Shown: positions 25,572-32,000 of the stretch, piece by piece | How the letters are laid out: the number at the start of each line of letters is the position of its first letter | How positions within the stretch are numbered: the stretch's first letter is position 1 | Assembly (NCBI GenBank): GCA_031316235.1 | Contig: JALDRA010000001.1 | Coordinates: 1,590,001-1,622,000 of the forward strand | Length of the DNA stretch: 32,000 bases | Direction of reading: 5' to 3' | From: Candidatus Scalindua sp. | GTDB lineage: Bacteria; Planctomycetota; Brocadiia; Brocadiales; Scalinduaceae | Program-made: the position numbers and the translations under genes | The notes under the pieces: model-generated | Told to the model about the DNA's origin: nothing | What the model saw: the letters and a program-made list of their open reading frames with translations, nothing else | The model's database searches: none

Positions 25572-25915
25572 CCTGGATAAATTGAGTTGTCTAGCGTGAG
25601 TGTATCTCAAAATAAGACGTGTAGCAATGTAACATAAATACAGTCAATGCGTTAAGCACAATATCAATTGTATACACCAGGGTATCTAGCGTTCCACTAA
25701 AACTTATTTATACTCGCAGGGATAGAATCCGGTCAAATTACGGGAATTTTATCAAAAAGTCCCGTGTATCGGAAGCATTACAATCTGTTCTTCTTCCAGC
25801 AGGCGATGTTTCCCCCTGTAATGAGAAATATTTTTTCGTGTAATAAACATCAACGTTGACTATAATGAGACGAGTAGAAAAACTGTTTATATGAATATTT
25901 CGACAAGGAGTTCCG

Positions 25916-27628
25916 ATGTCTTTTGACCTTACCATCATGATTGCAGGAGAAGCGGGGCAAGGGCTGAATACGCTTTCGAGCATACTGCTCAAGATGCTTG
26001 CGCAAAGTGGTTACCACCTGTTTGCATCCCAGGACTATATGTCCAGAATCCGTGGCGGCCACAACTTCACGAAAATCCGAGTGAGCAATAAGCCCCTTTA
26101 CTCTTCCGTTTCTGCTTCCCATTTACTTGTTGCGCTCAATCAGGAAAGTGTCGATCTGCATCTTAACCATCTATCCAGTCCCTCTATTATTGTCCACGAT
26201 CTCGATACGGTACAGGTAAACAAAACAGGGGAAATATGTGACATTGCTGCCCCGATCAGAAAAATAGCAGTAGATAGCGGCAATGCCCTATACGGCAATT
26301 CAGTGGTACTCGGCATTCTTACGGCACTCTTAAAGCTAGAATTAACGGGCCTGACGGATATCCTCAAGGCCAGTTTCGTAAAAAAAGCGGCGAAAGACAG
26401 GAAAGGCAATATAAAGGCTGCTACCGAAGGATTCAGGTACCTGTCAGACAATTTTCAGAATCTCAACATTCCTCTTGGCAGGGTAAAAGAGAAAAACAGA
26501 ATGCTGATAAGCGGCACTGAATCAATAGCACTGGGTATGATGGCGGGCGGTCTGCGATTTATCAGTGCATATCCGATGTCTCCCTCTACGGGAATATTTA
26601 CTTATATAACCAGTAAGGCCGGAAGACTTGGCATAGTTTCTGAACAGGCTGAGGACGAGATAGCCGCCTGCAATATGGCTATGGGTGCCTCTGCAGCAGG
26701 GGCACGTTCTGCGGTTACAACCTCGGGCGGAGGCCTTTCCCTCATGTGCGAAGGCATCAGCCTGTCAGGAATGGCTGAGATCCCTCTCGTAATTATAAAC
26801 ATGCAGAGACCTGGGCCTGCAACTGGTTTTCCTACTCGTACTGCCCAGGAAGACCTCGATTTGGTCCTGCATATCGGGCATGGTGAATTCCCACGTTTTA
26901 TCTTCGCACCCGGCACAGCAGAAGAGGCCTTTTATACCTCCATCAAGGCGATGAATCTTGCCGAAAAATATCAGGTACCGGTTTTCATCCTTGGAGATCA
27001 GCATCTGGCAGACAGCTATGTGACTCTCGACAGATTAAATGCAAACAAGGTAAAATACAAAAGCTACTTAGCTGAAAATGGGGCACTAAAAAAACCTTAC
27101 CTTAGATATAAAATAACCAGAAGCGGAGTATCCCCTCTGGCCCATTATGGCCAGGATAAGATACATTTCATTGTAGACAGCCATATTCATACCGAGGATG
27201 GGCATATCTCCGAAGAGATGAATGTTGCAAAAAAAATGGTAGAAAAACGATTTAGAAAGCTTAACGGCATGAAAAAAGAATTTTCAGGACCACAGTATTA
27301 TGGTCCAAAGAACGCTAAAACTCTTTTTGTCTCATGGGGATCAACGTATGGTGCAGTGAGAGAAACAATAGATTGTCTCCTTGCAGAGAAAAAAAGCGTA
27401 GCAATGGTTCATTATAACAAGATATGGCCATTCCCCGTTGAAGAGTCAATCGAAATCCTCAAATCAAGGAAGGATATCTGTGTTGTTGAGAATAACTATC
27501 AGGGGCAATTCGAACGATTGCTTCAGAGGGAAACGAATATAAAAACCGGAAAACCTGTTCTCCGGTACGACGGACGTCCATTTGATGTCCAGTTTATAAT
27601 TGATATGTTTGAAAAGAGGCAGAAATGA
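25916..27628 (+). CDS. 2-oxoacid:ferredoxin oxidoreductase, fused gamma-alpha subunit (KorA-like)
   Basis: This is a 570-aa ORF. Its N-terminal ~180 aa form a gamma-type domain (IAGEAGQGLNTLSSILLKMLAQSGYHLFASQDYMSRIRGGHN). The alpha domain follows (AYPMSPST, SEQAEDEIAACNMAMGASAAGARS). An AAGGAG RBS lies 5 nt before the ATG. The gene overlaps the beta subunit gene by ATGA. Confidence 0.88.
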   Translation: MSFDLTIMIAGEAGQGLNTLSSILLKMLAQSGYHLFASQDYMSRIRGGHNFTKIRVSNKPLYSSVSASHLLVALNQESVDLHLNHLSSPSIIVHDLDTVQVNKTGEICDIAAPIRKIAVDSGNALYGNSVVLGILTALLKLELTGLTDILKASFVKKAAKDRKGNIKAATEGFRYLSDNFQNLNIPLGRVKEKNRMLISGTESIALGMMAGGLRFISAYPMSPSTGIFTYITSKAGRLGIVSEQAEDEIAACNMAMGASAAGARSAVTTSGGGLSLMCEGISLSGMAEIPLVIINMQRPGPATGFPTRTAQEDLDLVLHIGHGEFPRFIFAPGTAEEAFYTSIKAMNLAEKYQVPVFILGDQHLADSYVTLDRLNANKVKYKSYLAENGALKKPYLRYKITRSGVSPLAHYGQDKIHFIVDSHIHTEDGHISEEMNVAKKMVEKRFRKLNGMKKEFSGPQYYGPKNAKTLFVSWGSTYGAVRETIDCLLAEKKSVAMVHYNKIWPFPVEESIEILKSRKDICVVENNYQGQFERLLQRETNIKTGKPVLRYDGRPFDVQFIIDMFEKRQK

Positions 27629-28479
27629 CCCAGGAAAATCTTTTCCACTCTTCCGGCAAGCCAGCATGGTGCCCGGGATGTGGAGACTTCGGCATACTCT
27701 CGTCAATAGAAGATGCCCTCGTGAATTCAGGAAAGAAACCTCACGAGGTACTTATTGTTTCAGGAATTGGACAGGCAGCAAAACTGCCCCACTACATAAA
27801 TACAAATGGTTTTGCCGGATTGCACGGCAGAGCATTACCTGCCGCTTTTGGTGCAAAAGCAGCAAACCACCATCTCCAGGTACTTGTCACGAGTGGTGAC
27901 GGAGATATCTACGGCGAAGGAGGTAATCATTTCATACACGCCATACGCAGAAACATTGATATCACTTTAATCGTCCACAATAATCAAATATATGGACTCA
28001 CGAAGAGACAAGCCTCTCCTACTTCCGATCTGGGAATGGTAACGAAAACTCAGCCCAATGGCGTGAGTACCATTCCTTTTAATCCCCTGGCGATTGCGAT
28101 TACGCTGGATGCTGTTTTCGTTGCAAGAAGTTTTTCGCAGGAAAAGGCATTTACGACACAATTAATAGAGGAAGGTATTCGCACTCCGGGTTTTTCACTC
28201 ATCGATATCCTTCAGCCATGCGTCTCTTTTAACACCATCAATACCTACAAATGGTATAGTGAAAGGGTGTATAAACTTGACAGCTCGCATGATCCTGCAG
28301 ATAAATTACAAGCATATGAAAAATCAAGTGAATGGGGAGATAAAATCCCCATAGGCATTCTCTACAAAAGCGCGAGAAAAACCTTTTTGGATGACCAATT
28401 CAAACCAAAAGATCTCCCCTTATTTAAGAGAAAAACACGAATGAAAGAAATCATATCATTAATAAATGAGCTGTACTGA
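27625..28479 (+). CDS. 2-oxoacid:ferredoxin oxidoreductase beta subunit (TPP-binding, KorB-like)
   Basis: This 284-aa ORF has WCPGCGDFGIL and the TPP motif SGDGDIYGEGGNHFIHAIRRNIDITLIVHNNQIYGLT. Confidence 0.9.
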   Translation: MTQENLFHSSGKPAWCPGCGDFGILSSIEDALVNSGKKPHEVLIVSGIGQAAKLPHYINTNGFAGLHGRALPAAFGAKAANHHLQVLVTSGDGDIYGEGGNHFIHAIRRNIDITLIVHNNQIYGLTKRQASPTSDLGMVTKTQPNGVSTIPFNPLAIAITLDAVFVARSFSQEKAFTTQLIEEGIRTPGFSLIDILQPCVSFNTINTYKWYSERVYKLDSSHDPADKLQAYEKSSEWGDKIPIGILYKSARKTFLDDQFKPKDLPLFKRKTRMKEIISLINELY

Positions 28480-28624
28480 GAGCTGTTCCTGTCACGGGTT
28501 TCTTCCTTGATTAAAACAGGTATTTTCAGTATGGTATATCTCAGGCAAATTCCAGATCTGTTTTTTGTATTTTGTTGGAAACGCACAAATCTTCAGCGTT
28601 TTGCCGGCAAAATGGAGCAGCAAT

Positions 28625-30295
28625 ATGAAAGTTCAAAAGAACGATAACGAATCGTATATATCTACAGATAAAATAGACAGGAAGTGGATTGATGTGAATA
28701 TCCCCTGCAGTGACGCCTGCCCTATAATGACTGATATTCCAGGCTACATCCAGGCTATCATGGAAGGTGATTATAAAACTGCCTACCGTATCAATAGAAA
28801 GGATAATGTGCTGCCTGGTGTTCTGGGACGTGTTTGCAACCGCCCATGTGAACCTGTCTGCAGGCACGGCCGGAATGGACTTGGCGACCCGGTATCTATC
28901 TGTTTTCTGAAACGATCTGCCGCTGACTACGGGATGGTCCCTGTAAAGACTGAAATACAATCAAATGGCAAAAAAGTCTGTATAATTGGTGCCGGACCTG
29001 CCGGATTAACGGCTGCCAATGATCTTGCCCTAAAGGGATACCAGGTAACGATCCTTGAACAGTTCGAACACCCGGGGGGAATGTTACGGTACGGCATCCC
29101 ACAATTTCGGCTCCCCTATGATATTGTTGCGGCAGATGTAAAGTCTATTACCGATCTCGGTGTAACGATCAAGACCAATGTTCGAATTGAAGATGAAAGA
29201 GCGTTCGAAGAACTGAAAAAAGAGTATAATGCAGTAATTCTGGCTGGGGGATGTATGCTTCCCAGACAACTCACCGTTCCCGGAATGGACAGCAAGGGGG
29301 TTTATTTGGGCCTCGATTTTATGAATGCCGCAAACAGGGAAGAATTTAATACACCACTTGAAAAGGTGGTTGTTATCGGTGGCGGTTTCACTGCAGTGGA
29401 TTGCACCCGCATGTCCTATCGTCTGGGCGCAAAAAAAATCACGTTAGTGTACCGCAGGACAAAAAACGATATGTATGTCGGTGAACACGAACTTGAAGTG
29501 ATGGAAACGGAAGGAATCAAGATGACCTATCTGGCCTCTCCGGTACTCATTGAAGCACAAAATGGTGCAGTAGCAGGTATACGGTTCATTAACAATTCTA
29601 TTGGTGAGGATCGATCAATAACTCCAATTGAAGGATCTGAATTTTTTATAGAAGCCGATACCATCATTTTTGCAATCGGCCAAAAGGCGGAAGAAAATAT
29701 TTGTGGTAAGAGCCGTAGAGAGGATAACACTTTTTTTGTAACCGGTGATTTCAGAAATGGTTCTTCTACGGTGATTGAGGCAGCCGCTGACGGGCGTAAG
29801 ATTGCCGGAAAGGTGCATCACGCCCTTTCTGATACGAAAGAACTGCAGGATGCCGTCGTGATAAGTGAAGTAAAAGATACGGGGAGGAAACGGGAGTATG
29901 ACTTTATTCCTGCCCAACCCATGGGCACAACGCATATGCGTGACAGGCAGATCAAAAATAAAGAGATAGAAACAGGATACTCGAAAGAAGAATCTGTCCT
30001 AGAAGCCCAACGGTGTTATCTCTGCCATTATAATTTCCAAATCGATATCAAACGCTGCATTTACTGTCTTGCCTGTATTGATGTAATGCCCGTAGATTGC
30101 ATCAAGATGGCAAAGGATGTCCAGGTAACTGAAGATGGGAATTTACACTATGTTGAGACAAAAAGATGGGATGAGGTAGAGGCTATTACAATCGACAATG
30201 ACAAGTGTATCCGCTGTGGAAACTGCGTCAGAGCATGCCCTGTAGACTGTATCTCTATTTCCAAATACAAACTGGAACAGGTTGAAAAGAAATAG
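28625..30295 (+). CDS. GltD-like NAD(P)H-dependent flavoprotein (glutamate synthase small-subunit family) fused to a C-terminal 2x[4Fe-4S] ferredoxin domain
   Basis: The ORF track starts at 28565. The Met at 28625 is preceded by GGAG with 7 nt between GGAG and the ATG. The GltD N-terminal Fe-S region is IPCSDACP...GRVCNRPCEPVCRHG. Rossmann motifs are VCIIGAGPAGLTAA and VVVIGGGFTAVDC. The C-terminus has CIYCLACIDVMPVDC and CIRCGNCVRACPVDC. Confidence 0.85.
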   Translation: MKVQKNDNESYISTDKIDRKWIDVNIPCSDACPIMTDIPGYIQAIMEGDYKTAYRINRKDNVLPGVLGRVCNRPCEPVCRHGRNGLGDPVSICFLKRSAADYGMVPVKTEIQSNGKKVCIIGAGPAGLTAANDLALKGYQVTILEQFEHPGGMLRYGIPQFRLPYDIVAADVKSITDLGVTIKTNVRIEDERAFEELKKEYNAVILAGGCMLPRQLTVPGMDSKGVYLGLDFMNAANREEFNTPLEKVVVIGGGFTAVDCTRMSYRLGAKKITLVYRRTKNDMYVGEHELEVMETEGIKMTYLASPVLIEAQNGAVAGIRFINNSIGEDRSITPIEGSEFFIEADTIIFAIGQKAEENICGKSRREDNTFFVTGDFRNGSSTVIEAAADGRKIAGKVHHALSDTKELQDAVVISEVKDTGRKREYDFIPAQPMGTTHMRDRQIKNKEIETGYSKEESVLEAQRCYLCHYNFQIDIKRCIYCLACIDVMPVDCIKMAKDVQVTEDGNLHYVETKRWDEVEAITIDNDKCIRCGNCVRACPVDCISISKYKLEQVEKK

Positions 30296-30336
30296 AGACG
30301 GGGCACAGACAAGATATTATCGAAGTGACAAAAACC

Positions 30337-30367
30337 AGTGCCTGAACGGAAAGCCAGTGGTTGAACC
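30337..30367 (+). repeat. 31-nt recurrent intergenic motif AGTGCCTGAACGGAAAGCCAGTGGTTGAACC (two ~19-nt tandem units starting 30335 and 30354)
   Basis: It is 30/31 identical to the reverse complement of 15727-15757. It sits in the 100-nt gap between the GltD-like gene and the next flavoprotein gene, ending 28 nt before the GTG start. Confidence 0.7.
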
Positions 30368-30395
30368 AGAAAAGGAATAAAGGAGCAGATGCAAA

Positions 30396-31397
30396 GTGAA
30401 GAGTGTTATTATTGGTGCTGGAATCGCCGGAATAACAGCAGCCAAAACCATCAAAGAGATAGACAAAGATGCTGAAGTGGTTGTTATAGGAGATGAGATG
30501 TTTCTCCCATACAAGCGCTATTTATTGACCGAACTGCTGTGCGGCTTATCAGCTCAGGATGATTTACTATTCCTGCCTCTGGAATTATTAAACAAACTGG
30601 ATATCAAACTGCGCATTGGAGAAACTGTCAAAGCCATCGAACCGTCGAAAAAGTTAATCACACTTCACCACAATGAAACCATGCACTACGATAAACTCCT
30701 CATTGCCACCGGGTGCATACCGAGCCTGGGACTCACATTACGTCCCTATAAGAATTATATCCAGAACTATTACTCTCTGAATGATATCCTTGTGTTGAAA
30801 AAAAGAGTGCCGGAAATTCAAAAATGTATTGTTTTCGGGAAAGGCGTAAGTTGCTTAGACCTGATTAGCGGCTTGTACAATCTTGGAAAACAGATTATTT
30901 ATATTACGAAGGGAAAACGTGCTCATTTTGGTTTAAAGGAATCTGAGTTTAAGGACACATTGCATGATTTTCTTGAAGAGAAGGGTATAGACATAATAAC
31001 AGAGGATAGAATTGTATCAATTGATACGTCAAAGCACGGTTACCGGGCCGACACATTAAGGCAAAAGAAAATCACCGCTGATATTATCTTTGGGTGGGAT
31101 CATTATAACCCCAATATTTCATGTGTCGAAAATACATCGATTGAAAAAAGGCTAGGGATCCTCGTAAACGCTCAATTGGAAACATCTGAGAAAGATATCT
31201 ATGCAGCGGGAAATTGTATGGAGATCTACAACCCGTTTTTAAAAAAATACTGGTTCAATTTTGGTTTACCAAATGCTTTGGAACAGGGAAGAGTTGCCGG
31301 AAAAAACATGCTGGGGCAAGAAGAAGAGTATAAAATCCATGAAACCATTACCTTCAATCTGATGGGAAAATCACTAAAGGCAAGGTGGTGGAGATGA
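30396..31397 (+). CDS. Short FAD-dependent pyridine nucleotide-disulfide oxidoreductase-family protein (atypical motifs)
   Basis: This 333-aa ORF has a GTG start preceded by AAAGGAG, with 9 nt between the GGAG and the GTG. Motifs are the FAD Rossmann VIIGAGIAGITAA, the ATG motif LLIATGCIP, a second dinucleotide motif in variant form (VFGKGVSCLDLISGL), and a terminal FAD motif reading IYAAGNC instead of the usual GD. Its stop overlaps the next start (ATGA). Confidence 0.72.
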   Translation: MKSVIIGAGIAGITAAKTIKEIDKDAEVVVIGDEMFLPYKRYLLTELLCGLSAQDDLLFLPLELLNKLDIKLRIGETVKAIEPSKKLITLHHNETMHYDKLLIATGCIPSLGLTLRPYKNYIQNYYSLNDILVLKKRVPEIQKCIVFGKGVSCLDLISGLYNLGKQIIYITKGKRAHFGLKESEFKDTLHDFLEEKGIDIITEDRIVSIDTSKHGYRADTLRQKKITADIIFGWDHYNPNISCVENTSIEKRLGILVNAQLETSEKDIYAAGNCMEIYNPFLKKYWFNFGLPNALEQGRVAGKNMLGQEEEYKIHETITFNLMGKSLKARWWR

Positions 31398-32000
31398 GAT
31401 ATTCCGAGATAACCATTCGGTTTTGTGGAATAGCGGGTGATGGTGCTGTCTCATCAGGAAAGATTTTTGCGGGAGCCTGTGCCAAAATCGGACTGCACGT
31501 AATGGTAAATGCTATCTACAGCGCTGAGATCAGAGGCTTGGGCAAATCATCTTCGACAATCAGGTTTTCAACATCAAAACTCAATAGTATGGGTGACGGT
31601 ATAGATCTTCTTGTTGGCATGGCAGCAAAGGAATCGATTGTTGATTTGCGTGATATTAAAGAGGAGGGTAGTGTGATTTATGATATCAGTACCCCCGGTA
31701 CCGTAACAGAGAAAGACAGTCTTGCTGCTCACATCATTCCAGAAATTAATGGCTACGGAGTACCCATAAAACAACTTGCCAATGAGGCATCCGGTACCAA
31801 TCAGGGAAAAAACCTCGTTGCAATTGGAGCGATATGCTACTTTTATTCTCTACCACCCGACATGTTTGTCGATCAAATAAAGGCGATATTTGCCCGTAAA
31901 GGAGAACGAATCGTAGAGATTAATATTACGGCCTTTCGTTTAGGGTATGAATATTTCAAGGAACACTATCCCTTAAACAACCAGTTTGAAATCAGCAAGG
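31394..32000 (+). CDS. Second 2-oxoacid:ferredoxin oxidoreductase, gamma-type N-terminal domain; 3' end beyond the window
   Basis: It is absent from the ORF track because it has no stop in the window. Hand translation from the ATG at 31394 gives MRYSEITIRFCGIAGDGAVSSGKIFAGACAKIGLHVMVNAIYSAEIRGLGKSSSTIRFS, the gamma-subunit pattern. The frame stays open to 31999. Confidence 0.8.
   Translation, partial: MRYSEITIRFCGIAGDGAVSSGKIFAGACAKIGLHVMVNAIYSAEIRGLGKSSSTIRFSTSKLNSMGDGIDLLVGMAAKESIVDLRDIKEEGSVIYDISTPGTVTEKDSLAAHIIPEINGYGVPIKQLANEASGTNQGKNLVAIGAICYFYSLPPDMFVDQIKAIFARKGERIVEINITAFRLGYEYFKEHYPLNNQFEISK

Larger units (their letters stand above)
19430..25620. other. Compositionally atypical (G+C-richer) segment containing only the RND efflux operon; candidate horizontally acquired island or assembly chimera
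   Basis: Hand counts on sampled 60-nt lines give about 45-62% G+C inside (lines at 20041, 21001, 22081, 23101, 24301). The flanking genes give about 38-47%, and the immediate left flank about 25-48%. Codons shift to CTG/GCC/CGC/ACC. Genes inside are joined by ATGA or 8-nt overlaps. Boundaries are approximate, and no integrase, tRNA or direct repeats were seen. Confidence 0.55.

Noticed and set aside
25272-26122. Minus-strand ORFs 25272..25610, 25738..25992 and 25850..26122
   Set aside because: They overlap the 3' end of the efflux operon, the intergenic region or the start of the korA-like gene. They have no RBS or motifs and overlap one another.
28541-28960. 139-aa minus-strand ORF, and the 28565 start of the GltD-like ORF
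   Set aside because: The minus ORF is antisense to the conserved Fe-S N-terminus of the GltD-like gene. The 20-codon extension from 28565 lacks an RBS, whereas 28625 has GGAG with 7 nt between it and the ATG.
1-32000. CRISPR arrays, rRNA/tRNA genes, transposases/integrases, toxin-antitoxin or defence-system genes
   Set aside because: I scanned all intergenic gaps and all listed ORFs. No spaced direct-repeat arrays, no tRNA cloverleaf candidates and no recognisable mobility or defence motifs were found.

Overview
This 32-kb chromosomal window comes from an AT-leaning bacterial genome. Hand counts on sampled 60-nt lines give about 38-47% G+C. The gene content suggests an anaerobe, and I cannot assign taxonomy from sequence alone. 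I support 26 protein-coding genes plus one doubtful 41-codon ORF. I saw no rRNA, tRNA, CRISPR array, transposase or integrase.

Layout, left to right:
1. 1-5693 (minus strand): a type IV pilus / T2SS-like block. It holds two minor pseudopilins, a PilC/GspF platform protein and two tandem full-length GspE/PilB ATPase paralogs.
2. 5694-6494: an unusually long (~800 bp) non-coding gap with hairpins and a recurrent motif.
3. 6495-6836: a small coiled-coil protein with a histone-H1-like Lys/Ala/Pro tail.
4. 6944-14369 (minus strand): mobB, translationally coupled to a complete hdrCBA-flxDCBA-type cluster (heterodisulfide-reductase-like proteins plus an NAD(P)H flavoprotein and Fe-S proteins).
5. 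14519-15556: a divergently transcribed REC-GGDEF diguanylate cyclase.
6. 15858-19182: cysS-archease-rtcB.
7. About 19.4-25.6 kb: a G+C-richer segment carrying only a tripartite RND efflux operon (adaptor, permease, NodT-type outer-membrane factor). It is either horizontally acquired or an assembly chimera.
8. 25916-32000: a 2-oxoacid:ferredoxin oxidoreductase (gamma-alpha fusion plus beta), a GltD-like NAD(P)H flavoprotein fused to a 2x[4Fe-4S] ferredoxin, a short atypical FAD oxidoreductase, and the start of a second OFOR.

Observations most worth a second look:
- A 31-nt motif present at 30/31 identity in two intergenic regions, with a third half-copy.
- A hand-foldable three-way-junction element upstream of cysS that contains this motif.
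- The OFOR / GltD-ferredoxin / flavoprotein / OFOR gene set.
- The Flx-Hdr cluster with no obvious disulfide substrate gene.
- MshEN-like c-di-GMP receptor motifs on both pilus ATPases.
- The H1-like tail protein.

I found no clear-cut new system such as a defence island. All functional calls are motif- and synteny-based readings of the supplied translations. No database search was run.
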